A DNA stretch of 64,000 nt from assembly GCF_006345805.1 (NCBI RefSeq), contig NC_042998.1:99572001-99636000 (forward strand), given 5' to 3'. The position numbers and the translations under genes are program-made. This DNA comes from Octopus sinensis (taxonomy: Eukaryota). The notes beneath the pieces are model-generated. The model made no database searches. It saw only the letters and a program-made list of their open reading frames with translations, and had not been told where the DNA came from. This document shows, in pieces, positions 40,640 to 52,696 of this stretch (position 1 is its first letter; the number at the start of each line of letters is the position of its first letter).

Positions 40640-41015
40640 ACGCCAGCTTAATTTAATTCGTCCTTAGTCGAAAGACACCTGTTGTTATGTCCTATTAATT
40701 GCATTTGTATTTGTATAACATTTCTGTTTTTTTCCGTCCTTATTTTCGTATACATTCGTTGCTCTCCTCCAAGGAATCTAATGTTCTTAGCTTAGTTTTT
40801 CTTGGGGCTGACCAGATTGGAGCAATCTCAAGTATAACCAGCCGAAATTGCAAAGATAATCTGGAACTCAGTTGAGGATAGAAAACTCCGAATGACTCGT
40901 CCTTGTTTTCTTTGTATCGTCTGTCTGGATGTTTTATTGTCCCTTTTTTGTATCATCTAATTGTCTGAATGTTTTGCGTTCTTGTCCCATTTTGTATTAT
41001 ATATATATATATATA
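40640..41015 (+). repeat. Dispersed (TA)n-tailed repeat, paralog at 58490-58690
   Basis: Both copies share agattggagcaatctcaag...cagccgaaattgc...gtttttgcgttcttgtcccattttgtattatatata-like sequence. Confidence 0.8.
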
Positions 41016-41552
41016 TATTGCATGAACGCCTGCATACCTCTGTGTCTTGTTATAATTTTTATATTTTCACGAGGTGCTATGAGAAACAGTAGAACACTAA
41101 GCTAAATCTTTTAACCATCTTTAGTTTAGATTCTCTGCCTTATAAGTTCAAATCCCATTAGTGTCAACTTCACAATTTTACTCTTCATTTTCAACAACTA
41201 CAAAGTGAATACTTGAATTAGCCAGTCTACTCTACGCCACCCTTAAAAGTTTGCTTCCACCTGACTTTACACCTCTTTTAGAAATCTATCTCCAGCCTAT
41301 TTCACATCTCTCACATGAATTTGTGTTTTTATATGACTATACACCTCCACCACAAATCTGTCTTTTTGTGCCAATGACAGAAACAAGTTTTGTTTTTCTT
41401 TAATCATTTTGTTACACGACTTCTTTTCATGTATAAGACTGATAACGTTGATCTATTTTAAAAGTTGTTGTTTTTTGTTTACTGGTGTTGAAAAACTGAC
41501 AGAGAGAATGACACCTAACGAAATGAATAACAACATAAAGAATCAATAAAAC

Positions 41553-41609
<57 letters not shown>

Positions 41610-42091
41610 CAGACAGACAGAGAAAGAGAGGATGAATGAGAAAAGAAAGAATGTGTGTTGAGTGAGAGTGTGTTTAGTGAGAAAAAGGAGAGAGAGAGAG
41701 AGAGAGAGAAAGATTCAGAGCTTTAATATTTTCCGATTTTTGGTCCTTTACATGTCCGATTTGTTTCAAGAAAGTGCAAAATCAACTTCAACGCTAATAT
41801 CTGTCCCTATCTGTATTGTATCATTGAAATATCGAAAAATTTTTAATCGTCTCTGAAGGTATTTTTTCGACCTTCAATCATGAAATGAGAATGTTAATTC
41901 ATTTCAGAATGAAATGTATATAATTCTTAAACAAGAATATTATTGACAATGACTTCGAAGTTTTTGGCCAGCTAAGTCAATGTGAATAATATTCTTGTTT
42001 AAGAATAATAAATTTGTACACTACAAAAATATAGAGTAACTCATCAAATTAAAGTAAAATTGTTTTTATGATTGAACATAAAAACAAACAA

Positions 42092-42122
<31 letters not shown>

Positions 42123-42789
42123 TGTATGTATGTATGTATGTATGTATGTATGTATGTATGTATGTATGTATGTTTCAGGGTTCCCTATGAAGCAAAAAAC
42201 CCCTGTAAATTGAAAGTTTAGTATATAAGTCTGATACAAAGGTCTCTTCAACAAATAAACGTATTATTTACAAAGAGTGGTTAAGTGAGAATGTTCACCA
42301 ACGAAAATTAACAGATTACACATGAACAAATGAAGGTGTCTTTATGAAGCTATACTGTCTGCTAGAAATAACAATCAAATTTCCCTCAAATAACACCTGT
42401 TTTTTAATGAAATGACACGAGCATTGTAGTTGTACGTAAGCAGAAACGTGACGGTCATGGATGGAATGCCTGTAATCATTGAGCAAACAGTGACGACAGA
42501 TTAACCAATTGTTCTCAAACCGGAAAATATCAGGTTGCCACCAATATTAGTGGACGTTTTTGTCCCCCACCCTACCCTTTGGCTCTTTTTTAACGAGAAG
42601 ACAAAATTACTTGCATCCATATAATTCTTCCTTCGCTATGACGTTTGATAAATTCAAAAAGTTTAAAATCGTCTTAATATTATTAAACGTGACAATGTAT
42701 CCACTCACTTTTCCAATCCTCATTCGCCCCAGAGGGCGGGAAGATTGTCCCATTTATGAGAATCACTCGATTAATTTGTTAATTCTGAT

Positions 42790-43300
42790 AACGAAAATGA
42801 AAGATACAGTAGCTGAAAGTGTCATATATTTCACACAATGTAAATCAATAAACCAGTCCACTGTTGTTACAAAGAAAATTTTTCCTAATTTTCAAGTAGC
42901 AGAAAATATTCCAAGATCTAAAACTGAGTCGGAAATTATTCGGAATTCAGTAATTATGCTACAGGCACTTATGACGTTAAAAGAAAAAGAACGTTACTTG
43001 TTGAAGTGGTGCTACAGATATAAGCAATTATGGCTCGGTGAAAGGTTTCCTTGTTCATTTCGTACTTAACAGAAAGTATGGTTGTTTGCAGTCAAACATA
43101 ATCGAGTTCAGAAGCGCATCAAATGAAATTGTTAAAGCCAGGGCATTAAAGATACTCCTAGGGAAAAAAGATATATTAGTGAAAGAAATCGAATTTAAGA
43201 CTAATAATTGGTATAAGATCTAAAGTACATTTGAACGTGTTGAAGGAAGAAATAACTCTATCACAAATTTAGAGAATTACATAAGTTGTTTGCCCAGAAT
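42790..43300 (+). pseudogene. Probable hAT-superfamily transposase remnant
   Basis: KKIFPNFQVAENIPRSKTESEIIRNSV resembles the FPDS.IA....RTK...II.NV motif. FLVHFV...GCLQSNIIEF follows downstream and a caggttgcca TIR-like word lies near 42531. Confidence 0.4.
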
Positions 43301-43757
43301 ACATTTGAAACAGAAGTGTACACGAGACAAAAGGAAAAAAAAGTTGTGGAGCATTAATGTTGAAAATATATCATCGTAAAAATTCACGAGTATTTCTTCA
43401 TGTCTATATATCGAAATTGAATATAGAGTTGCTCTCTCGCAGTAAAACAAGATGGCTGTTGCTAAAATAGTAATTCTTTCTATCTAAGATGGAACTCCAC
43501 TTTAATTAAAAATGGTTCTGGCTACGAATTCGAGAGAGAGATATCTAAGTCACCTACATTTTAAAAACTAGATTAGCCACACGACAAAGAGAGGCAACCA
43601 TTACACTTTTTGGGTTTCCGATACTGAGATGAGTAAGTTTGTTTCTTTATTGCCCCCTTGGATGATCATATTTAATGTTTGGCCTTTCCAATGCCTACTT
43701 TCTATCCTTGTGGCCTGGAGAACCGCTATCTCCTCATTACCGTGTAAGACAGCAGCT

Positions 43758-45555
43758 TCTTTCTTTCTTTGGCACTACGGCCACAACACAAGGACTGACA
43801 CAACACCACAGTGGGGACACAAAATATAAAACGAATGAAAATGGGATGTTATAAAAAAAGAAGAAAATGAAATGGCTGCATGGGCCCCACTCATATAAAC
43901 TATTTACAATCGTTGTTTTTTTCTTAATCATCGTTTTTCCCCTCTTTTGCAAAAATGAAACAATTTAATTATTTTTTTCTTTCTTTCAACAAAACAATTT
44001 TGCTACTTTTTTTCCTTGTTATACTTCATGAAAGGTTCTAATTCTTTTAGCTCCACTACTGGTGGCAATTCGTCGAACTCCACCAACACTCCTGGCGAGT
44101 CAATCCCGCTTCCACACATGTCTTTTAGTCTATTGTAAGTGTCTTTGTCAACCACGATGGCCTTCGCATTCTCGGAATACACATCCGTAGGTAACTTCAC
44201 TCTTATGATATGTTTAAATTTAAAAACTTTCTTTTCAGTTTCTTTTCATTTCGCGTACGTCACAAAATTCCATCGATTTTTTCCTCTTCTTTGTTTTCTC
44301 CTTTCCTGCTGCACTCCTGGTACCTTCTCTTCCTCCACTCTGAACAGTCTCTCTATTTCATCCTCGTACAGTTGCACTCCTAAATCTCTTTCCTCCACTG
44401 GAACAACCAGTGTCTTCACCACTGTCTCCTCCTTATGTAACTCCTCCTCGAACACTTTTTCAATTTCCTTTTCACTTTCTTTATCCACCACCATTTTGTC
44501 TTCCTTCTGGTCATAACCTCCATTTCCACCTTTTCTTTCTTCTTTTTCTGCTTCTCTGGTGGAGGGCTTACTCTCCCACTTCTCTTTCTTTTTTTAACCA
44601 CCGTGAATTCTTCCTCCGTTGCTTTCTCCTTTATCTCGACCTATACCACTTGGTCTGTACTCTCCTGCCTCTCCGTCTGCTCTATTTGTTGTTCTCTCTG
44701 GGGGCACCTCGCCTTTATGTGGCCTTTTTCCCCACATGTAAAACATATAGACGGCCTGCTCTCCACCACCACTCTCAATCTTAAGTCATTGAGCAGCACT
44801 ATCTCTTCAACAATTCGGTTTAAGTCTTCCACTGTTGTTTGGACGGTTAACTCAATCCCATATCCCTAGTAGTTTATCCTTTGGGTCCTTGTGGTCTTCA
44901 GTATCTTGGCCTCCTCTTTCATGTTTCTGGTGGCACTTTGCCAACTCGCTCTCTGGCTACACATTTGCCACAGTACGATGGCAGAAGTACTCATTCCTCC
45001 GATCTTATTGCCTCTGTGGAGTGCTTAATTGCTCCCTCTTCTGATGCAAAGCGCACCTCCACAGTAGCGTACTTTCTTCCTCTTATGAATGTCGTTAGTT
45101 TTTTAATATTCTTTAAACACTCTTCAATCGCCTCAGCTGTCGCTATTTCTGTCTTCCTTGTTGCAATCTTCATCGTCTTGAATATTACTGTCCTTTTCGT
45201 TACATTGTTTGTTAATTCCACAGGCGGTGTTAACTTCAGTGTACCTCCGTCTCTTTCCAGCAACTTCTCGCATTCCTTCATTTTTCTTGGTTCCACCTTT
45301 ATTTCACGTACTTCCAGCGTTTCCGCGTCTATCCCTTTTCCAGTTGCGGCCGAATAACTGTGTCCACCTGCTGGCGCTTTCTCCATTTTCCACAATGGGG
45401 AAAAAAACCCACAATTTAAAATAACAATAGCAACAATTTGAACAACAATAATCAATCAAACAAATATTTAACACCATGACTTACGTCTAACACGGCAAAA
45501 ACACTCCGTTATAAACAACTCAAACCGCCTGTGCAATATGCATTTTGTCCAGCTT
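43758..45555 (-). mobile_element. ORF1-only non-LTR retroposon (HAL1-like, L1/Tx1-type) with 16-bp TSD
   Basis: gtgtaagacagcagct occurs at 43742-43757 and 45556-45571. The minus-strand 3' end is ...gtgccaaagaaagaaaga. The element holds a single gag-like ORF and has no room for RT or endonuclease. Confidence 0.8.
44003..45386 (-). pseudogene. Gag-like ORF1 with CCHC zinc knuckle (several stops and frameshifts)
   Basis: MEKAPAGGHSYSAA...GRKYATVEVRFASEE (RRM-like)...VLLPSYCGK...VGKVPPE...CFTCGEKGHIKARC (44745-44704), then an E/K-rich region, ending ...PFMKYNKEKK* at 44003. Confidence 0.8.
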
Positions 45556-46939
45556 GTGTAAGACAGCAGCTGCTATCCAGGCCCTGAGATGAGTAAGTTA
45601 TCCGCAGACTTCTCCAAAATGCTTGCTACAAAGTGAATACTTGTTAGGGTATGCCAGGATCAGCCGATGTTCTCAAAATGGGTGACAGTGTAAGTCTACC
45701 TCTCAGTAATAAAAACGGTTACACGAACGATCTCCCACACGAAACTTTACTCGATCCGAAACTATGGTAGAAGACATTTGCTCAAAATGAAGTGCCAAGA
45801 GATCAAACCTGAATCTATACAGTTGCGATCAAATCTCTAAAACATCTGAGTTTGATCTCAATTTTAATTAAGGTTTTCCATTCATATATTCAAGAAACAG
45901 AGAGAAGCTGCTTTATTGAATTGTTGAGACTTTGAAATTCCCTTACGCTTAATCTTTGATGGGGAAAAGATCGACCATTTTGTGTTCTAGAAACATGACT
46001 TTCTAGCGTTACGAAAATTATGACAAAATTTATTCTGAAAAAATCTGTGTTTCAGTCATTGCAGTGCCACCATGCTGGAACACCGATTTGAAGGATTTAG
46101 TGCAACAAATCGATCCAAGTACTAATTTTTAAAACCTGGCACTCGTTCTATTGGTTTCCTTTACTGACCCGCTAAGTTACGCGGACGTAAACAGACCAGT
46201 ACCAAGTGTCAAGTGGTGGTGAGGGACAAACACACATACACACACAAACATGCACACACACACAAACGCACACATGTATATATACATATATATACACACG
46301 CACACAGCACACACGCGCGTACACACACACATGCACACGCACACATGTATGTAAATGCGCGCGTTTGTGCACTGTCCTTTGATAGGTCTTGTTTTTCCTC
46401 CTGCAAGTTGCCCTTATCTCTTCACCAAGCTTGAGATTGCCTGTTCAGTCGCCGACCATTCGACTTACAACAAATTGTACTGGGGGTACATGTTATTAAT
46501 AGCACTCATAAGTGACCTGTGGCAAAGCGTTCTCTACCAGGAATAGGATGGAGCGGGAAGAAAATGCCATAAATAAGCAATTCTTCTCCGTTTTCTTTCA
46601 TTCTTTTTTATTTAGTTTAATTTTTTTTACAGCTACAAGATCATCGTCAAATTTGACGGACGAAATTTCATATATATATATATATGTATGTCTGTAAGTT
46701 CTGTTTTTAATTATTTAAATTCTTCCTCTGAAGAAGGAACTGGTTTCTAACAAAGATATAAAACTCCATCGCTGGAATGTAGATAACGAAAACGATGTTA
46801 TATTTTAAACTTGAGAAAAGTCTTGTTATATTTTTGCTGCTCCACTTATAAATTGTATTTGTAATGTGTGAGTTGGTTGATTTCTATTTCTGAAAATCCA
46901 AGCTTATCCAGACTGTCAGTTGGACCTTTACTATCAAAA

Positions 46940-47330
46940 CTTAATACATCAATTATTATTGGTATAAATGTAAATTTGTAATCTGGATATAGAAATTGGA
47001 AGTTTCGAAGCAGCTGTCCATTCCATAGCTATCCTCTTTCTCATTGGTTTTCAAAAATATATTCACACTTGCAGGACAGCTGACCTCCATGGTAATGCAT
47101 ACTTTTCCTTGTCTGTACCAAGTAACAATATCCGGCCTGTTAAGCTTACACTTGACAGATGTTTTGATGAGAATGTTCCACCAGTATTCTTTATGTTGAT
47201 GTTTGTGTACGTATTCCATAACAGGGGTATTCTCTATATTTATTTCAGGACAGTCTTTTTCCGGATGGCATTATATATTGTTTTTGCGACAACGTTGTGT
47301 CGCATCGGGAGGTAGTACTTTGATGACATT
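46940..47330 (-). mobile_element. RLE-type (R4/NeSL-like) non-LTR element C-terminal fragment
   Basis: RHNVVAKTIY ... EYWWNILIKTSVKCKLNRPDIV...ITMEVSCP...EKEDSY matches the restriction-like endonuclease PD..E motif. Confidence 0.8.
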
Positions 47331-47477
47331 TTTGGGTAGCTGCTAACCACGTGTGATGTCTTCCACAGAAATCTATGTTTTCGGTTGCATCTTGAAATCT
47401 AGGGCTTCACTGTCTCTTGTTTATTAGGTATGCATGTATGAATGTATATATGTATGTGTATGATGGTCTAGTCACCT

Positions 47478-47870
47478 TGTCCGTTTAGAGGACACCCGAA
47501 TTCCATATTAAGTGTTGTATGGTGAGCTGAAGAAAAGAAAGCGTCTCCAGTACAAGCCACGTAACATCTCAAATACAATCTTAAAGAGACTCTTAAAAAG
47601 ATCAATGTAAATACTAACATCTGCGAAGGTCTTGCATCAGATAGACAACTGTGGAAGAATATGATTGCTACAGGTGTTAAAGAATTCGAAAACAAGTTAC
47701 ATACTGAGTTGAAACGGTATGGTAAATATATAGAGGATATAACCCCACCCCACGTGAGAAGGACGCAAAACAGTCTCTGTCGTGTGACCAGTGTGGTCGT
47801 GTCTGCTTCTCAATGACAGGCGTAATCAGTTGCAAATGTAGTCACAGAGGCAATCCTGTCTACCAGTGTG
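47478..47870 (+). mobile_element. RTE-clade LINE C-terminal fragment
   Basis: VRLEDTRIP..VLYGELK...LKETLK...LASDRQLWKNMIATGVKEFE and CDQCGRVC, typical of RTE C-termini. Confidence 0.8.
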
Positions 47871-48499
47871 ATATCCAGTATGTTTCTTGGTACACCTTAC
47901 GTCAGTCTCACTCGGTATTGTAGGTTTCAACATTCAGATGGTCGAGCCGTTGTTGGGAGAAGGCGCGACTTGTCAGTGTGGAATGACGTGTAGGTCTTAG
48001 GAGCCATATGAGACATCATCAACAATAGGGAGACGACACTTGAGATGTTTCTTAGTGTAAAGTGGATCCAAGAAGTGGTCTTACTCGGTCACAAGTTGAT
48101 TTCTGCCATGTATGTAGTCAACATCTAAGATAAAGCATTCCCTCCATAACTTTCTGTCTTATATTCAGGCATAGTATGTCTAGCACTACGTTATCTAATA
48201 TGACCTTCCTTCTTTTTAAAGAAAAGGTGTTATTTGACGAAGATTTAGTTGCAATTTCTTACAGGAATAGCAACTGCATAGTTACTCCTCTGCTTCTTGG
48301 CAATACACACTTTATGTGTGTTGTTCTCTATTCGAAGATACAATAACGCATCAAAATAAATTTTCAAGAAAAAATCTCTTATGATGATGATGATGATCAT
48401 CATCATCATCATCATCATCATCAACCTCTGGACATCACTATCTCGATTTCTAGGTTTCTTAGGGCCATTTAACCGGTTTCTATGGTGTGTAAGTGCGTA

Positions 48500-48700
48500 T
48501 CAGGACAATTACCCATATAGGAAAATTCCCTATAGGACAATTCCCCCCGACGACAACTACCCCTTAGTACAATTACCCCCTTGGTTAATTACTCCCTCTC
48601 CAATATATTAAGAAGTTTTAAATCATCATCTGTTGTCCTCAGGTGTAATTTTCCTGTGGTGTGGGGGTTATTGTCCATTGGGAGTAAATGACTGAGACTC
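48500..48700. mobile_element. Degenerate MITE with ggacaattacccc subterminal repeats
   Basis: About 5 direct copies on the left and inverted copies (gggggttattgtcc) on the right. Confidence 0.55.
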
Positions 48701-48721
48701 GTTAAGTGACCTAGATCACAT

Positions 48722-48892
48722 CATTGGATGCCTGTCCATTGCAGGGTTATTCATTAGCAGCTGGGTGGACTGAACCAACGTGAAATTAAGTATTTTTCTC
48801 AAGAACACAATGCACCGGCCAGTCCGGGAATTGAAACCAAGATCTTCCACTCATAAAGGCCGTATCCTAACCACTAGGCAACGTACCTTCAC
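48722..48892 (-). mobile_element. Old tRNA-SINE with cagctgggtggactg core
   Basis: tRNA-like head on the minus strand (cctagtggttagg...ggtttcaattcccgg) and a gttcttgagaaaaatac body. It resembles widespread metazoan SINE superfamilies (not aligned). Confidence 0.55.
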
Positions 48893-49107
48893 TGTTATTA
48901 TCATTATACTTATCATAAAGAATCTTTGATATAATGAAACAAGTGTTACGCTAAAACAGCCGTAAACTATGAAACACAATCGAAGTCATAATCAATGTTT
49001 ATAACATAATGACTTCTGATTTTGACACATGGGTAGTAACTTTGAAGGAAGTGGGTTAGCCGATTACATTCACCCCAGTACTTGACGGGTGCTTTATTTT
49101 ATCTGGA

Positions 49108-49394
49108 AATAGAGGTAACTCGAATGTGGAATCTAAAAACAGAAACAATTCCTATCATAGTAGGCGCATTAGGCATGATAAAAAAATATTCAGACAAATA
49201 CATAATAAAAACACCAGGACTTACAAATATATACAACATACAGAAAATTGCACTATTGGGCACTGGACACATCCTATGCAAAACACTTTCAATACAGTAG
49301 CCATAAGAGCATCACAACAAACCACAGCACATACCCAAGGCACACAGAGCTGCGCTCAGTATTGAAGTGAAAGCACGATATAAAAATAAAACTA

Positions 49395-49467
<73 letters not shown>
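49108..49467 (+). mobile_element. 3' end of R4/Dong-type non-LTR element with (AAT)n tail
   Basis: EVTRMWNLKTETIPIIVGALGMIKK...IQKIALLGTGHILCKTLSIQ*, a UTR of about 95 nt, then about 23 AAT units. Confidence 0.85.
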
Positions 49468-50092
49468 TTTTCTTCATTATTCACTGGGGATTCACAAAAA
49501 TACGTTGGGATAGTAATAGAGAATACAATGTGGGGTTTTAAATAATAGACATAATGGAGCCTTTTTACAAATGAACATGACCATCAGACAATTCCAGAAC
49601 ATTGCAATAAATTTACTATAACTTTCTTTTTGTTCTAGTTTTTTTTCCTCCAATTCCTTAATTCCTGATACACACATGGTCTTTTTGCCTATTTTTGTTC
49701 TATTTCTCACACACACAATTTGTGCTCAACAGATGAAATACATTCTCAAATATTGGTAATATCGGAAAACCTATAGCGTTTCACATATTGCCTCGACAAT
49801 ATATATTTGTACAGTTATTATCTTATCTATAGTTGTTGAAAAGGTTCTGAGAATGACATCTATTTCATTAATAAAGAAATAATAAATGTATTCAATCAAG
49901 CTACCACATTACACGTTACACATATTTCAGAGATTGATTTGAAACTCGGAAATCAAATTTTTATCGCTATTTTTCTGCAGGATAATAATGTTTCGTAGCA
50001 TAGACATAAAAACATATTGAGTGGGAATATAAGAATATAGGATACAATGATATGAAGCCAATATAATATACCATCTTAAAATAGCGTATTTG

Positions 50093-50125
<33 letters not shown>

Positions 50126-50457
50126 ACTACACATTCTTTTTTGTTTTTTTTACTTGTTTCAGTCGTTTGACTGCGGCCATGCTGGAGCGTCACCTTGAAG
50201 GATTTTAGTCGAACAGATCAACCCTCGGGACTTATTTTTAAAGCCTAGTACTTATTCTATCCGTCTCTTTAGCTGAACTACCAAGTTACGGGGACGTAAA
50301 CACACCAACACCGGTTGTCAAGTGGTAATGAGGAGGACAGATACACGCACACACACACATACATACATACATACATACATACATACATACATACATACAT
50401 ACATGCATACATACATACATAATACATACATACATACATACATATATATATATATAT

Positions 50458-50795
50458 AAATTTAAGATAAAGGTGAAAAATTGAATATTAATTGATTAAT
50501 ATCAATTTAAAACCAGTGGTCTAGCATATAGAAAAATCTGAAGATTCAGAAAAATTATATTACATACATATAAGAGGGATGACCACTAAGTGAACATCCA
50601 TATGTTAGAAGTCGACTCCTATGGTTTTACCACTAAGAAAGGAATGTTCTCAAGAAAATTTAGAAAAGGTCCGAACGTAAGCGAGCAAGACAAATGAAAA
50701 GATACAAAATATACAGATTAATCACAAACCAGTTTCGTTGTTACCACCTACGTAATCACTTACGTAGATGTCCGCAACTCGTCAGTGTGATCACC
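50458..50795 (-). mobile_element. Penelope-type pLTR/retrozyme-like element ending in (TA)n
   Basis: An HHR at the 5' end, then about 260 nt, then a (TA)/(TACA) tract. Paralog at 1990-2211. Confidence 0.7.
50720..50792 (-). ncRNA. Type I hammerhead ribozyme with canonical core
   Basis: Reverse complement reads GAUCACA-CUGACGA-GUUG[...CUACGUAA GUGA UUACGUAG...]CAAC-GAAAC UG GU U-UGUGAUU. The cleavage triplet is GUU. Confidence 0.8.
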
Positions 50796-51150
50796 ACACC
50801 ATCGCTTGACAACTGATGTTGGTGTGTTTACATCCCCGTAACTTAGCCTTTTGGCAAACGAGATTTGTTCGACACAAGGCGGTGCTCCAGCATGGCCGCA
50901 GGCAAATGACTGAAATAGGTAAAAGAATTTAAGGAAAACGAATATATATATATATATTCTTGTATTCTTTTACTTGTTTCAGTCATTTGACTGCGGCCAT
51001 GCTGTAGTACTGCCTTTAGTCGAGCAAATCAACTTCAGGACTTATTCTTTGTAAGCCTGGTACTTATTCTATAGGTATATTTTGCCGAACCGCTAAGTTA
51101 AGGGGATGTAAACACACCAACATCGGTTGTCAAGCGATATTGAGGTGACA

Positions 51151-51185
<35 letters not shown>

Positions 51186-51364
51186 ACACACACACACGAC
51201 GGTCTTCTTTCAGTTTCCGTCTACCAAATCCACTCACAAGGTTTTGGTCGGCCCCGGGCTATAGTAGAAGACACTTGCTCAAGGTGCCACGCAGTGGGAC
51301 TGAACCCGGAACCATGTGGTTGGTAAGCAAACTACTTACCACACAGCCGCTTCTGCGGCGCCTA

Positions 51365-51442
<78 letters not shown>

Positions 51443-51458
51443 CACGTGTGTGTGTGTT

Positions 51459-51489
<31 letters not shown>

Positions 51490-51493
<4 letters not shown>

Positions 51494-52075
51494 TATAACT
51501 TCTCTACTTTTCCCCGACCCGATCTTGAATGCTGCTGTCCACTTTGGTCTCCCCTTATGAAACAAAGTATCATGAAAGTTGAAGCACCTCAAAGGTCAAT
51601 TACAAAAAAGATAGATGGCATAACAGATCTTGACTATGGGGGTCGAGTAGAAAAGTTCAAGCTTTATTCTCTCCAGCGCCCCCGTGAGTGCTACATCATC
51701 TGCATGATGTGGAAAATATTCCATCAGCATTGTCCAAATGATGTTGGCATCACCTTTAAGACACACCCAAGGCTTGGGCCCCGTGCTATCCGCCCACAGC
51801 AGAAATCACACTCACATCGCATAACAACAATACAGCACAATTATTTCATCTCAACTGGCCCCGCTCTTTTTAACATTACACCGAAGCACATTAAAGCAGA
51901 AACAGACCCCATAAAGTTCAAGAAGCCTTTGGATAAATTCCTTCAAGAAATCCCGGATAAACCTCCTACATCCGGATATGTCTCCATAAACAATAACTCT
52001 CTAATCGCCAGGTAGTGCTATTAAGTTAGATATGGCCTGATCCAATACTGGCAGAAACCCATGAAAGTATCAAGG
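51490..52075 (+). mobile_element. 3' end of CR1-type LINE
   Basis: RPDLECCCPLWSP...KVEAPQRSITKKI...LYSLQRPRECYII..WKI...GPALFN..P..IK...KFKKPLDKFLQEIPDKP. Confidence 0.9.
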
Positions 52076-52174
52076 TACACACACACACACACACATGTAT
52101 GTCTATATGTGTGTGTATGCATGTATGCTTTTCACATTTATACACCCACACATATATTTGCATCTGTTGTGTGT

Positions 52175-52214
<40 letters not shown>

Positions 52215-52399
52215 TGTGTGTGTGTGAATGTACGAAATTCTGCCTGATCAGGGGATCCACGACTTTTTTCAGTAGGGTATGAGATGAAGGAAGATTTTGC
52301 ACCTATTTTTAGCAGAACGAATGACCCTATAAAAACACTTTTGTTGGCTCGTTGAGAAAGTTGAACAAGAGCAGAGAGAGAGGGGGGGGAGAAATGGAA

Positions 52400-52403
52400 A
52401 CGA

Positions 52404-52444
<41 letters not shown>

Positions 52445-52501
52445 ATATAAATAGTAGTAGTATTAGTATTAGTAGTAGTATTAGTAGTAGTAGTAGTAGT
52501 T

Positions 52502-52534
<33 letters not shown>

Positions 52535-52696
52535 AAGAAGAAGAAGAAGAAGAAGAAGAAGAAGAAGAAGAAGAAGAGAAGAAGAAGAAGAAGAAGAAGA
52601 AGAAGAAGAAGAAGAAGAAGAAGAAGAAGAAGAAGAAGAAGAAGAAGAAGAAGAAGAAGAAGAAGAAGAAGAAGAAGAAGAAGAAGAAGAAGAAGC
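52400..52696. repeat. (AGT)n followed by (AAG)n
   Basis: Direct reading. Confidence 0.95.

Noticed and set aside
43717-43733. ggagaaccgctatctcc resembles the reverse complement of a conserved bacterial 23S rRNA segment
   Set aside because: Only 17 nt, self-complementary, and the flanks do not continue the match. Probably chance.
46725-46750. CUGAAGA followed by a short hairpin as another hammerhead
   Set aside because: No GAAA after stem II and no stem I or III partner.
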